Shown here: piece after piece, positions 37,304 to 46,840 of the stretch
Position numbering within the stretch: the stretch's first letter is position 1
Layout of the letters: every line of letters begins with the position of its first letter
Assembly (NCBI GenBank): GCA_036804445.1
Contig: DAIRSJ010000002.1
Location: 2,025 to 66,024, forward strand
Reading direction: 5' to 3'
From: Candidatus Egerieousia sp.
GTDB lineage: Bacteria > Bacteroidota > Bacteroidia > Bacteroidales > UBA932
DNA: 64,000 nucleotides
Notes under the pieces: generated by a model
The model's database searches: none
What the model was told of the DNA's origin: nothing
What the model saw: the letters and a program-made list of their open reading frames with translations, nothing else
Translations under genes and position numbers: made by a program

Positions 37304-37981
37304 ATGGAAGAGAAAAAAGGACTTCTGGCTGAACTTGGGAAAGTGCTGGATGAATATGATTCCACGGAAGATATTGTTAAACAGAATGTTAACAATTGCA
37401 TGCAAAGTTTTTCAAAGGAACTTGGAAAGCGTCTTAAGGAGATTGAGAAACGGCTGGATGACATTGAGGACAAGCTTGATAAAATGAACAATGGCACTCA
37501 TGCCGGTGAGATTAATGCCACGGAGCATAAAATATCTTCAGCTGCAGAGGAAATTCCTATTCCGGAAGAAGAAATTCCAATACCTTTAGAGGAGGAAATC
37601 AATGAGGTCCCGACAGATTCTGAATTTTGTGCAGAGGAGGAAGCGGCAGAGGAGGAAAAACCTGTCGAGACAAAAGAAAAGCAGGGCAAACCGGACTGGT
37701 ATGACTGGGAGGTTGATTACCCGGCCGATTATGTTGATGATCTGATCGGCAGCATGGGACTTAATGACAGAATGCAATTTACCAATGAGTTGTTTAACGG
37801 GAAAGAGATTGAGTTTGAGAATGTTATGCAGGAGATAGATAATATCGGGAACTTCAAAAAGATTGTTTGGCACTTGAGAGAAGAGTATCCGCAGTGGGAT
37901 GAAACAAGCGATATTGTCTACAGATTTTACATGCACATCCGCAGAAAATACGATATCAAAAAGGCTGAAACAGAGGAGTAA
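37304..37981 (+). CDS. Acidic hypothetical protein (coiled-coil N-terminus, EEIPIP repeats, conserved-looking C-terminal domain)
   Basis: 225 aa. The ORF fills the tdk-rsmI gap exactly, with its stop abutting the rsmI ATG. I recognise no family. Confidence 0.5.
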   Translation: MEEKKGLLAELGKVLDEYDSTEDIVKQNVNNCMQSFSKELGKRLKEIEKRLDDIEDKLDKMNNGTHAGEINATEHKISSAAEEIPIPEEEIPIPLEEEINEVPTDSEFCAEEEAAEEEKPVETKEKQGKPDWYDWEVDYPADYVDDLIGSMGLNDRMQFTNELFNGKEIEFENVMQEIDNIGNFKKIVWHLREEYPQWDETSDIVYRFYMHIRRKYDIKKAETEE

Positions 37982-38755
37982 ATGGAAGAAGGGAAAGGAA
38001 AACTTTATCTGGTGCCTACCCCTATAGGCAATCTGGAAGACATAACTCTCAGAGCTATAAACGTTTTAAAGAGCGTTGACCTTATTCTTGCAGAGGACAC
38101 AAGGACCAGCAGCGTGCTGCTGAAAAAGTACGGCATCACCACTCACATGGAGAGCCATCACAAATTCAATGAGCATAAGACTGTTGGCCGTATATGTGAA
38201 AAGATCCTTGACGGCCAGAGAGTTGCGTTAATCAGCGATGCCGGCTCTCCGGGAATTTCAGACCCGGGATTTTTACTTGTCAGAAGTTGCATTGAGCAAG
38301 ATATTAATGTTGAGGCGCTTCCGGGCCCTACCGCTTTTGTTCCGGCATTAACCGCTTCCGGTTTTCCATGCGACAGATTCTGCTTTGAGGGTTTTCTTCC
38401 GCCCAAAAAGGGAAGGCAGACCAAGTTCAGGGAGATGGCCGCAGAACCGCGCACAATAATTTTTTACGAGTCGCCCTACAGGCTTGTGAAGACGCTGGAG
38501 CAGATGTGTGAATTCATTGATAAAGAGAGAAATGCCGCTGTATGCAGAGAAATTTCCAAAATCCACTATGAGTGCAAAAGAGACACCATAGCCAATCTTG
38601 CAGAATGGTATAAAAATAATGAGCCCAAGGGAGAGATAGTTGTTGTCCTGGAGGGAGCAGAGAAAGTAAAGAGTGAAAAAGATTATTGCGTAAAAGATGA
38701 GGAGGAAGAATATGGGACAAGGAACCAACACAGGGAAGAGCGGGAAGAAGAATGA
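37982..38755 (+). CDS. rsmI: 16S rRNA (cytidine1402-2'-O)-methyltransferase
   Basis: Tetrapyrrole-methylase fold with LYLVPTPIGNLEDITLRA and SDAGSPGISDPG, plus an acidic C-terminal tail. Confidence 0.9.
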   Translation: MEEGKGKLYLVPTPIGNLEDITLRAINVLKSVDLILAEDTRTSSVLLKKYGITTHMESHHKFNEHKTVGRICEKILDGQRVALISDAGSPGISDPGFLLVRSCIEQDINVEALPGPTAFVPALTASGFPCDRFCFEGFLPPKKGRQTKFREMAAEPRTIIFYESPYRLVKTLEQMCEFIDKERNAAVCREISKIHYECKRDTIANLAEWYKNNEPKGEIVVVLEGAEKVKSEKDYCVKDEEEEYGTRNQHREEREEE

Positions 38756-39749
38756 AAGAATTTCCGCAACAAAAGCGCGCGGAGTCATCGCGCTGATTTT
38801 TCTACTACTTATATTTCAAATAGTTACATTTGCGCTTCACAAATGCGGCGGCAATGAACAAGCCGTGCAGTACGCGGACAAATACGGCGGCTTTTCTCCC
38901 GGCGGCGGCGGCAAACTTCAGCGCAACGATTCACCCGGCAGCACGGCTCACGTTAATCCGCAGCGCTTCAAATTCAATCCAAATAATATTTCTCTCGACA
39001 GCCTATGCATGCTCGGCTTCTCGGAAAAACAAGCCCTCACCATAATCCACTACAGAGAGAAGGGCGGAGTATTTCGCCGCAAAGAAGACTTCAAAAAAAT
39101 GTACGTGGTTGATGAGGCAAAATATAAAGAGCTATTCCCTTACATAGCTATTCGGCATTCGCGGCCGGCCGGCCCGTCTGCAGTTGCCATGCCACAAAAC
39201 AGCAGTACAATCAGTGATATACGCAGCTGCCGCAAAGATCCGCACGCTGCGCGCGGGCAAAAAACCGCAGAACAAAATTTTTCAAACGAAACCGAAAATA
39301 ACATCTCGGAAGAGAAATATTATTCAAAAAAAATTATTGAACCCGTTTGCATGGATTTGAATGAAGCGGATAGCTCGGAATTAGTAAAGCTTAGAGGAAT
39401 AGGCAGTTACTACGCGCGCAAAATCATGGCGTACAAAAAAAAACTCGGAAGCTTTGCACGGCCGGAACAGCTCATGGAAATAGAGGGCATAGATGAAGAG
39501 AGATACAATATGTTCAAAGATCAAATATTTGTCCATCCATCCGGAATAAAAAAATTTTCCATAACGGAAATGGCGGAAAAAAACAGAGATTTCCTAAAGC
39601 GCCATCCGTACATTGGCGCGTACGCAGCCAGGGGCATTGTGCTGTTTATCTCCCAGAGCGGCACAGATGCCTGCACATTAGATAACCTGGTGAAAACCGG
39701 CATTCTCTCTGCGCAAGTTGCAGAAAAGCTCAGGCCGTATGTGAGGTAA
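38697..39749 (+). CDS. ComEA-like helix-hairpin-helix DNA-binding protein, membrane anchored
   Basis: It has an N-terminal TM segment (VIALIFLLLIFQIVTFAL) and about three HhH modules, including LNEADSSELVKLRGIGSYYARKIMAYKKKLGSF. The start is uncertain (38697 or 38712) and overlaps the rsmI tail. Confidence 0.65.
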   Translation: MRRKNMGQGTNTGKSGKKNERISATKARGVIALIFLLLIFQIVTFALHKCGGNEQAVQYADKYGGFSPGGGGKLQRNDSPGSTAHVNPQRFKFNPNNISLDSLCMLGFSEKQALTIIHYREKGGVFRRKEDFKKMYVVDEAKYKELFPYIAIRHSRPAGPSAVAMPQNSSTISDIRSCRKDPHAARGQKTAEQNFSNETENNISEEKYYSKKIIEPVCMDLNEADSSELVKLRGIGSYYARKIMAYKKKLGSFARPEQLMEIEGIDEERYNMFKDQIFVHPSGIKKFSITEMAEKNRDFLKRHPYIGAYAARGIVLFISQSGTDACTLDNLVKTGILSAQVAEKLRPYVR

Positions 39750-39769
39750 AATGATTTTCTTAACTTTGC

Positions 39770-40798
39770 ATGCAAATCAAACAAATTATGGGATTAATAA
39801 CGTGTAAAGACATAACCAAAAAGTTTGGCAATTTTAACGCGCTGACATCTGTTAACCTGGATATCCCGGAAGGCAAAATCTTTGGCTTCCTCGGCCCTAA
39901 TGGTGCCGGAAAAACCACGCTTATCAGAATCATAAATCGCATTACATTGCCAACAAGCGGAGAACTTCTCTTTAAAGGGAAGACAATGCAACTATCAGAC
40001 ATTGAACGCATAGGCTACTTGCCTGAGGAACGCGGACTGTATAAAAAGATGAAGATTGGAGAGCAGGCAATCTATCTTGCACGTCTTAAGGGAATGAGCC
40101 GTTCGGATGCTACAAGGGAGTTGCAAAAATGGTTCATGGAGTTTGGAATTCAACCATGGTGGAACAAAAAACTGGAGGAGCTGAGCAAGGGAATGGCCCA
40201 GAAGATTCAGTTCATTATCACAGTGGTACACAAGCCAAACCTTATTATTTTAGATGAGCCGTTCTCCGGATTTGATCCTATAAATGTAGATTTAATCCGT
40301 CGCGAGATTTTAAAATTAAGAGATAACGGCGCCACAATCATTCTCTCCACCCACAACATGGAATCAGTTGAAGAACTGTGTGATAACATAGCTCTCATCA
40401 ACAAGTCCAAAGTTATAATCACCGGGGAAGTTGAGGCCATCCGCAAAGAACACGGCAAGAACAGAGTGGAAGTTGTTTATAATTCCGGTCAGGTTCTCGA
40501 CAGTGTACCCTCTTTATTCTCTGTTCTTTCCACCAAAGAAGAGAAAGACGGCAGGCATTCTATTCTGGAGGTTGTTCCGGGAACCGCAAGCCGCAGCATA
40601 CTTAATGAGATAGTTCCAAAAGTTGACATCGTTTCATATCAGGCGCTAATGCCGCGTATGAATGACATATTCATAAAACTTGTGAAAGAGAGCGGAGGAG
40701 CCGTATCACAGGGAATTGCAGAGTATCAGAAAAATAGCGCGGCAACAGCAGCAGCACGCAACACAGCAGGCACCGCATCAAAAAATAAGGAGGAATAA
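39770..40798 (+). CDS. ABC transporter ATP-binding protein
   Basis: Walker A GPNGAGKTT, signature LSKGMAQK and Walker B LIILDEP. The C-terminal extension ends in an Ala/Thr-rich tail. Confidence 0.85.
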   Translation: MQIKQIMGLITCKDITKKFGNFNALTSVNLDIPEGKIFGFLGPNGAGKTTLIRIINRITLPTSGELLFKGKTMQLSDIERIGYLPEERGLYKKMKIGEQAIYLARLKGMSRSDATRELQKWFMEFGIQPWWNKKLEELSKGMAQKIQFIITVVHKPNLIILDEPFSGFDPINVDLIRREILKLRDNGATIILSTHNMESVEELCDNIALINKSKVIITGEVEAIRKEHGKNRVEVVYNSGQVLDSVPSLFSVLSTKEEKDGRHSILEVVPGTASRSILNEIVPKVDIVSYQALMPRMNDIFIKLVKESGGAVSQGIAEYQKNSAATAAARNTAGTASKNKEE

Positions 40799-40800
40799 TC

Positions 40801-42168
40801 ATGGGAAAAGAAAATAAAATCGGAATAATAATCTCAAGAGAGTACTCTTCCAGAGTAAAAAAGAAATCTTTCATTTTACTTACTTTGCTTACCCCGCTCC
40901 TGTTTGCTGCAATGATTGTAATCCCTACATTGATAGCTATTTCCACTGCAGAGCATAAAGATAATATGAACATTGCCGTTGTAGATAAAAGCGGTATTGT
41001 GATGCCTTATTTGGACAGCATAGAGAACACAACGTTTGCAGCAATAGAACCTGCGGCGCTGCCAGATTTAAAAAAGAATATTGCTTCTTCCGGCAAATAC
41101 AGCGCACTGCTGGTAATTGATTCATTGGACAAAGAGAACAATGCGGCTGCATCAATGTATTCTTCCGGTCAGGTAGGAATGAGCACACAATCGGACATAG
41201 AGAATAAAATAGATAAAGCCCTTCAGGACAACAAGCTGCGCTCATACAACATTCCAAATCTGGATAAAGTAATTGACAATTTTCAAACAGATGTTAAAAT
41301 AAAAACATATCAGGTTGGAGAGCAGGGAGAAGACAAAGAAACTCACGTTGAGGCAAATATGGCGCTCGGCTATATTGCCAGCTTTATTATCTATATGTTT
41401 ATTTTCATGTTTGGAGGCATGGTAATGCGCGGAGTAATAGAGGAAAAAAATAACAGAATCATAGAAGTAATTGTCTCCTCGGTAAAACCCGTCCAGTTGA
41501 TGATTGGCAAAATAGTCGGAGTTGCTTTAGTTGCTCTGACTCAATTTTTCATATGGATACTGCTTACAGGAATTATTGTTGCGGCCGTAATGGGCGTTGC
41601 CGGAGCCGACACCATCACAAATGCAGTACAATCGCAATCTGCAGTACAACAGGCAACTGCGGCCGCTGCACAGGCCGGAGAATCAATGCCGAGTGTTTCA
41701 TCAATATTCGGAATGCTTGGCGGAATGCACATCGGAGGAGTCCTGATTTCATTCCTGATTTATTTTGTCCTTGGATATTTATTGTACTCCAGCATGTTTG
41801 CAGCGGTCGGCTCTTGCGTTGACAATGAAGCTGATACACAGCAGCTTATGTTGCCAATCACAATTCCTTTAATCATAGGTTTATTCATAATGCTGAGCGC
41901 ATTCCAAGCACCCAACAGTTCAATTGCCGTCTGGGGCTCCATAATTCCATTCACCTCCCCTATGGTTATGATGGCCAGAGTATCTTACGGAATTGGCGTT
42001 GCAGCAGGAGTTCCTATATGGCAGTACATTTTATCAATAGTTCTGCTGGTCGCAACCTTCCTTGTAATGGCATGGCTGTCGGGAAAAATATACAGAATCG
42101 GCATACTTTCATACGGCAAAAAAGCCGGCTGGAAAGAAATAGGCAAATGGTTGAAATTCAGAGATTAA
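40801..42168 (+). CDS. ABC-2 family permease (NatB/YhaP-like)
   Basis: 455 aa with an N-terminal TM segment, a large extracytoplasmic loop and a C-terminal multi-TM bundle. It is adjacent to the ATPase gene with a 2-nt gap. Confidence 0.75.
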   Translation: MGKENKIGIIISREYSSRVKKKSFILLTLLTPLLFAAMIVIPTLIAISTAEHKDNMNIAVVDKSGIVMPYLDSIENTTFAAIEPAALPDLKKNIASSGKYSALLVIDSLDKENNAAASMYSSGQVGMSTQSDIENKIDKALQDNKLRSYNIPNLDKVIDNFQTDVKIKTYQVGEQGEDKETHVEANMALGYIASFIIYMFIFMFGGMVMRGVIEEKNNRIIEVIVSSVKPVQLMIGKIVGVALVALTQFFIWILLTGIIVAAVMGVAGADTITNAVQSQSAVQQATAAAAQAGESMPSVSSIFGMLGGMHIGGVLISFLIYFVLGYLLYSSMFAAVGSCVDNEADTQQLMLPITIPLIIGLFIMLSAFQAPNSSIAVWGSIIPFTSPMVMMARVSYGIGVAAGVPIWQYILSIVLLVATFLVMAWLSGKIYRIGILSYGKKAGWKEIGKWLKFRD

Positions 42169-42186
42169 TAAATAATCTCAAAGGTT

Positions 42187-43149
42187 ATGATAACAAAAAG
42201 CAAAATATTTTGGCTACTTTTCATTCTCTCTTTTTGTCTCCCGACAGGTGTTATCACCGCTCAAGTAAACAATGACGGTAACAATGCAGTGTACAGGGGT
42301 TATAACAGCAAGAGCGCCGTCAGCAGCAATTATTTAAAAGAACAATGGGGCGTCACTGTTATTGATTCCACATGGAATACTCCTGCCGGAAAAGAAAATG
42401 TAACGGGGAAAATCATATCAAAATACAAACCTCATGTTGAGGCACTTAACGCAACAATAGGTTATTCTCCAAGAGGGCTTGTAAAAGATTATCCGGAGAG
42501 CGAGATGAGCAACTGGGCGGCAGACGCAATATTTAATATTGCGCAGAGTTACCTGGATACCAGCTCTTTTAAAGGGATGAAAATAGACTTTTCTCTGCTT
42601 AATTTTGGCGGCATCCGCACCTCAATCCCGCAGGGCAATGTCTCCAGCTTTGACATAATGTCTATCTTCCCGTTTAAGAATTCCATTGTAATTGAGAAAC
42701 TTCCGGGGACAAAAGTTAAACAGACCATAGAACTTTTTGCAACCATGCACAAGGTCCAAATCATGGGACACACCAAACTTGCAATCACAGACGATCATGT
42801 AGATGAATTCCTGATTAACGGTGAACCGCTTGATACCAACAGAGTATACAATGTTGCCACAATAGATTTTCTTCTTAACGGAGGAGACCAGGTAACAACC
42901 TTAAAGAACAACGGCGGTGTAATATACACCAACATCCTTATGATGGACGGCATTATAGACTACATCAAAAACCTGACTGCACAGGGCAAATACATTGATG
43001 CCCGGCTGGACGGCCGCTGCACATTAAAAGGTTCAAAAATCAGGCGGACAAAAAGCGGTCAGATCATTAAGAGCAAATCTCCTTTCTTGAGCAATAAAGA
43101 AACAGCAGAAGAGAACAAGAAAATGGAAGATAAAAACAGCAGAGAATAG
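42187..43149 (+). CDS. 5'-nucleotidase C-terminal (substrate-binding) domain protein, secreted
   Basis: It has its own signal peptide. The NFGGIRTSIPQGNV and ATIDFLLNGGD motifs are typical of the UshA C-terminal domain. Confidence 0.7.
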   Translation: MITKSKIFWLLFILSFCLPTGVITAQVNNDGNNAVYRGYNSKSAVSSNYLKEQWGVTVIDSTWNTPAGKENVTGKIISKYKPHVEALNATIGYSPRGLVKDYPESEMSNWAADAIFNIAQSYLDTSSFKGMKIDFSLLNFGGIRTSIPQGNVSSFDIMSIFPFKNSIVIEKLPGTKVKQTIELFATMHKVQIMGHTKLAITDDHVDEFLINGEPLDTNRVYNVATIDFLLNGGDQVTTLKNNGGVIYTNILMMDGIIDYIKNLTAQGKYIDARLDGRCTLKGSKIRRTKSGQIIKSKSPFLSNKETAEENKKMEDKNSRE

Positions 43150-43179
43150 TAACGGAAAATAAATAACGGAGGATAAAAA

Positions 43180-44031
43180 ATGAACAGGTTTTTTAAAATA
43201 TTTTCTGTCGCTATAAGCGTCACTGCGCTTACATTCTTGATTGCATTAGCGCAGCCTGCATCAGCGCAAGACCTTGTAATCCTGCATACTAATGACACAC
43301 ACAGTCAGATAGAGCCGGAGAACGCAGGACTTGCAAAAGGACTCGGCGGATATGAAAGAAGAGAGAATTTTATTAACAGTGTCCGCAAAGAAAACAAGCA
43401 CGTGCTGCTGATGGATGCGGGAGATTTTTCACAAGGAACACCCTATTTCACTCTTTACAAGGGAAATGTGGAGATAGAGCTTATGAACGCTCTTAAGTAT
43501 GATGTTGCGTGTATCGGCAATCATGAATATGATAACGGACAAGAAGAACTTGCCCGTAGAATCAAAAATGCAAACTTCCCTGTACTGTGCGCAAATTATG
43601 ACTTTAGCCAAAGCCCTCTTAATGAGGTTGTTAAACCTTATGTGATTTTGCGCAAGGCGGGCAAGAAGATTGGAGTTATAGGTATCTCCGTAAAATTAAA
43701 CGGACTTGTAAGCCCTTCCAACTTAACCAATATGAGCTACATACAACCATACAAAGTGATTAACAACCTGGCAGCTCTATTAAGAAACGATGAACATTGT
43801 GACCTTGTAATTGTACTCTCGCACTGCGGCATATCAAACGGTTCAGAACAAAATCCGAGCGACGACATGATAGCCCAACACACAGAGGGCGTGGACTTTA
43901 TAATAGGCGGACACTCACACACTTACATAGAACAGCAGCGCATCTACAAAAACAAGGCCGGCAAAGACGTTGTTGTAGTCCAGGACGGAGAACGCGGAGA
44001 GCACATCGGCCGCCTGAATATTTGGTTCTAA
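43180..44031 (+). CDS. Secreted calcineurin-like metallophosphoesterase (UshA N-terminal-type domain)
   Basis: It has its own signal peptide and metallophosphatase motifs: HTNDTHS, DAGDFSQGT, GNHEYD and GGHSH. Confidence 0.8.
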   Translation: MNRFFKIFSVAISVTALTFLIALAQPASAQDLVILHTNDTHSQIEPENAGLAKGLGGYERRENFINSVRKENKHVLLMDAGDFSQGTPYFTLYKGNVEIELMNALKYDVACIGNHEYDNGQEELARRIKNANFPVLCANYDFSQSPLNEVVKPYVILRKAGKKIGVIGISVKLNGLVSPSNLTNMSYIQPYKVINNLAALLRNDEHCDLVIVLSHCGISNGSEQNPSDDMIAQHTEGVDFIIGGHSHTYIEQQRIYKNKAGKDVVVVQDGERGEHIGRLNIWF

Positions 44032-44045
44032 AGAGCGATTAATTT

Positions 44046-46193
44046 TTACAATCTACTCTGCTCCTCGTTATTTGAGGATCTTACTATGTTTTTTCGACTT
44101 CCTTTATTGCCAAAATTCCATGATATTGTAATGAGAAAAGACCGTGTATCGTAATAGTTATTATACACTTGCTTTATACCGTCGCTCTTGTATGTATATT
44201 CCGGTTCAGCTGTCTTAAATATGTCAGAAAATTCCAACTTAACTTCCATTCCGGTTTTTTTGTGCATATACTTAAACGCGATATCGGCCTGAAACGCATT
44301 ATTCATTTCCCGATAATTATATAATCCCGGTAAGTTCTCTGTTAAATTACAGTCAATGATAAATTGTTTTTTTATAGAAAATGAGTTATTCAAACCAACG
44401 GCTCCACGGTATCCGGAAATATTCTTAAACTCTTGTTTTTTTGAATAATACAAATCTTTAGAAAAATCACACTGTATTACGGTCGTACACCATTTAAAAG
44501 GAGAGACGTATGTGTAAATATTTATTCCCCATTTTTTTACATCTAGAAAATTATTGGCTGTTTCCGCCTGTTTCAATACATCTTCATTATCCAGAATAAC
44601 CAATTTGCCTATTTGATTTGTTTGGCTTGTATAATATAGACGAGCACTGAAGGATTCACGGAACAGATAGTTCAATTCATAATTATTGATAAAAGAGGGG
44701 CGTAATAGCGGGTTCCCGACAGAATAGCTATACTTGGTAATATACCACTTGAAAGGATCTAAATATTTATATGGAGGTCTCTCTATTCTTGCCGAATATT
44801 GAAAAGATATATTACTGTTTTCACCAAGTTTATAAAGGGCACTAATTGTCGGGAAAACGTGGAAGTATTTATTATGAACAGTCTCTGAATAGTTGACCGA
44901 TTCACCGGTAGTAAAAGTATACTCAAAGCGGAGTCCCGCCTTAAATATCCATCTATTTATTTTTCGTTCACCGGAAAAGTAGACAGCATCAATATTTTCC
45001 CTATATCTGAATGTATTATGGTCATTGAAATTGCCAATGTAGCTGTCTGACGATTGCGTATTAATGTAGGAAAATTTCGCCCCCGTATTGAATTTACATG
45101 TAAAAAGGACGGATTCAAGATCGGTAGCAGCTGTTATTATATCATAATCAACCTTGCCCGATGTCAAATATAGTTCTTGCGGGGAAGATAGACCGTCGGT
45201 TAATAAAGAAGATGAAAAATTGCGATTGGTTTTAACCGTATTTCTCAAGTAATTAGTGTTAACAGAAAAAATCGTATTATCGTTTATATTATAATTAAAG
45301 CATAGGCCGGAATTTATTTTATTAGTATTATTGGCGGCTTTGCCGTGTGACAGTAAAACGGAGTCAACAACATTGTTCATTATACCCATATACTCTGTTC
45401 TATTATCCAGATCAGTAATTCTTTCACTATTACGTAACGGGCAGGACAGGTCAATGGCTAATGACATTTTCTCGTTAAACTTGTAACTCAAATCAAGGTT
45501 AAGCAGGGCAGACGTCATATTCCAACGTTTCGGATTGGACGTTGATGTTGTGAGTTGCGGATAATAGCTCAGATAACTTGTTTTGTTCAAATAATTAATA
45601 TTATCATAAGACAATGTACCATTAAAGGATAATTTTGAATTGTTGTATCCTATATAAGCTGACCCCATATATGATGAATATGTGTTCTGCCCAAAACTCC
45701 ATTTAACAAGCCCGTTCATTCCCTCAGGCAGCATATCCCTGGTTGCTATTCTTATTACTCCTACATTTCCTTCCGCATCATACTGTGACGGAGGAATGGT
45801 CATAACACGAATGCTCTTAATGTTACTTACCGGTATTGAGTTCAGATATGACAAAAGTGACTTTCCATCCAGTCTAACAAGCTTATGATTAATAAAGACA
45901 AGAACTCCATCCTTTCCCACCATACCTAAAGATCCATTTAATAACTGTATAGACGGGACTGTTTTTAAAAGGTCTGACATTTCCTTACCTTTTAAATCTG
46001 CTTTACTATTGAGTAATAATTGATAACCATCAGGTATAATTGATAATCGTTTATTATGTGCAACAACTATAACTGAATCTATCTGCCGAATTTTTGTAGA
46101 ATCACTAATGGAAGTGAGATCCTGGGCCGATAATATAACTGTCCTTATCACGAGGCTAAACATAATTATATATCTAAGACTCGTTTTCATCAA
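44046..46193 (-). CDS. Outer membrane beta-barrel family protein (plug-like N-terminus, TonB-dependent-receptor-like)
   Basis: 715 aa with a signal peptide and a plug-like region (LLKTVPSIQLL...GVIRI). A long region of alternating aromatic beta-strands ends in ...ITISWNFG. Confidence 0.7.
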   Translation of the reverse strand: MMKTSLRYIIMFSLVIRTVILSAQDLTSISDSTKIRQIDSVIVVAHNKRLSIIPDGYQLLLNSKADLKGKEMSDLLKTVPSIQLLNGSLGMVGKDGVLVFINHKLVRLDGKSLLSYLNSIPVSNIKSIRVMTIPPSQYDAEGNVGVIRIATRDMLPEGMNGLVKWSFGQNTYSSYMGSAYIGYNNSKLSFNGTLSYDNINYLNKTSYLSYYPQLTTSTSNPKRWNMTSALLNLDLSYKFNEKMSLAIDLSCPLRNSERITDLDNRTEYMGIMNNVVDSVLLSHGKAANNTNKINSGLCFNYNINDNTIFSVNTNYLRNTVKTNRNFSSSLLTDGLSSPQELYLTSGKVDYDIITAATDLESVLFTCKFNTGAKFSYINTQSSDSYIGNFNDHNTFRYRENIDAVYFSGERKINRWIFKAGLRFEYTFTTGESVNYSETVHNKYFHVFPTISALYKLGENSNISFQYSARIERPPYKYLDPFKWYITKYSYSVGNPLLRPSFINNYELNYLFRESFSARLYYTSQTNQIGKLVILDNEDVLKQAETANNFLDVKKWGINIYTYVSPFKWCTTVIQCDFSKDLYYSKKQEFKNISGYRGAVGLNNSFSIKKQFIIDCNLTENLPGLYNYREMNNAFQADIAFKYMHKKTGMEVKLEFSDIFKTAEPEYTYKSDGIKQVYNNYYDTRSFLITISWNFGNKGSRKNIVRSSNNEEQSRL

Positions 46194-46356
46194 AATACCC
46201 TTTTGATCCCATTTTTTCTATGCAGCATTTTCAAGGTAAATTTCCTCTGATATTTCTCTTTCTACTCTTTTATGGCTCCACTCAAAGTTATAAAAAAAAT
46301 GGGCTGTCTGTTCTTTCACCTCCCTGTATCCCCTGTCTCACTTTGTTTTACGATTT

Positions 46357-46815
46357 GTGCGTTATTGCTCACCTTGCAAAATGGTACTAATTTTAGGGTA
46401 TATTATAATTGCAGGATATGAATGTCAATCCGCAACTTGTACATTTAGGGGGAGAGAATATACTGCATGGTTTACAAAAGAAGTTCCGGTGAATGCAGGT
46501 CCGTATAAATTCAGAGGGTTGCCGGGACTGATCGTTAAGCTGTATGATAAGATGGGGGATTATTGCTGGACCTTATCTGTATTTGTCAAGGCTCCGTCGG
46601 GAGAGACTATAAAAAATTACACATGGCAATACACAAATACTACCAAAGCAAAATATAACAACGCAATTAAGTGGATGTATGATGACCCTTATCAATTCTT
46701 TGGCTCTTTTGGGATGAAGTTTATGGTAAACTCAGGAAACGGATTCTCACCTAATCATGCAAAAGTAACTATCCCTTATAATCCGATTGAACTGTCTGAA
46801 GAGAAGGGCAAATAA
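46357..46815 (+). pseudogene. GLPGLI-family protein, apparently 5'-truncated
   Basis: It contains the family signature FRGLPGLIVKLYD and the conserved AGYECQSAT...AWFT block. Only 152 aa are present, with no signal peptide and no upstream ORF supplying an N-terminal half. Confidence 0.5.
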
Positions 46816-46840
46816 TTAAAAGAAAACAAAAGCTACCGGG

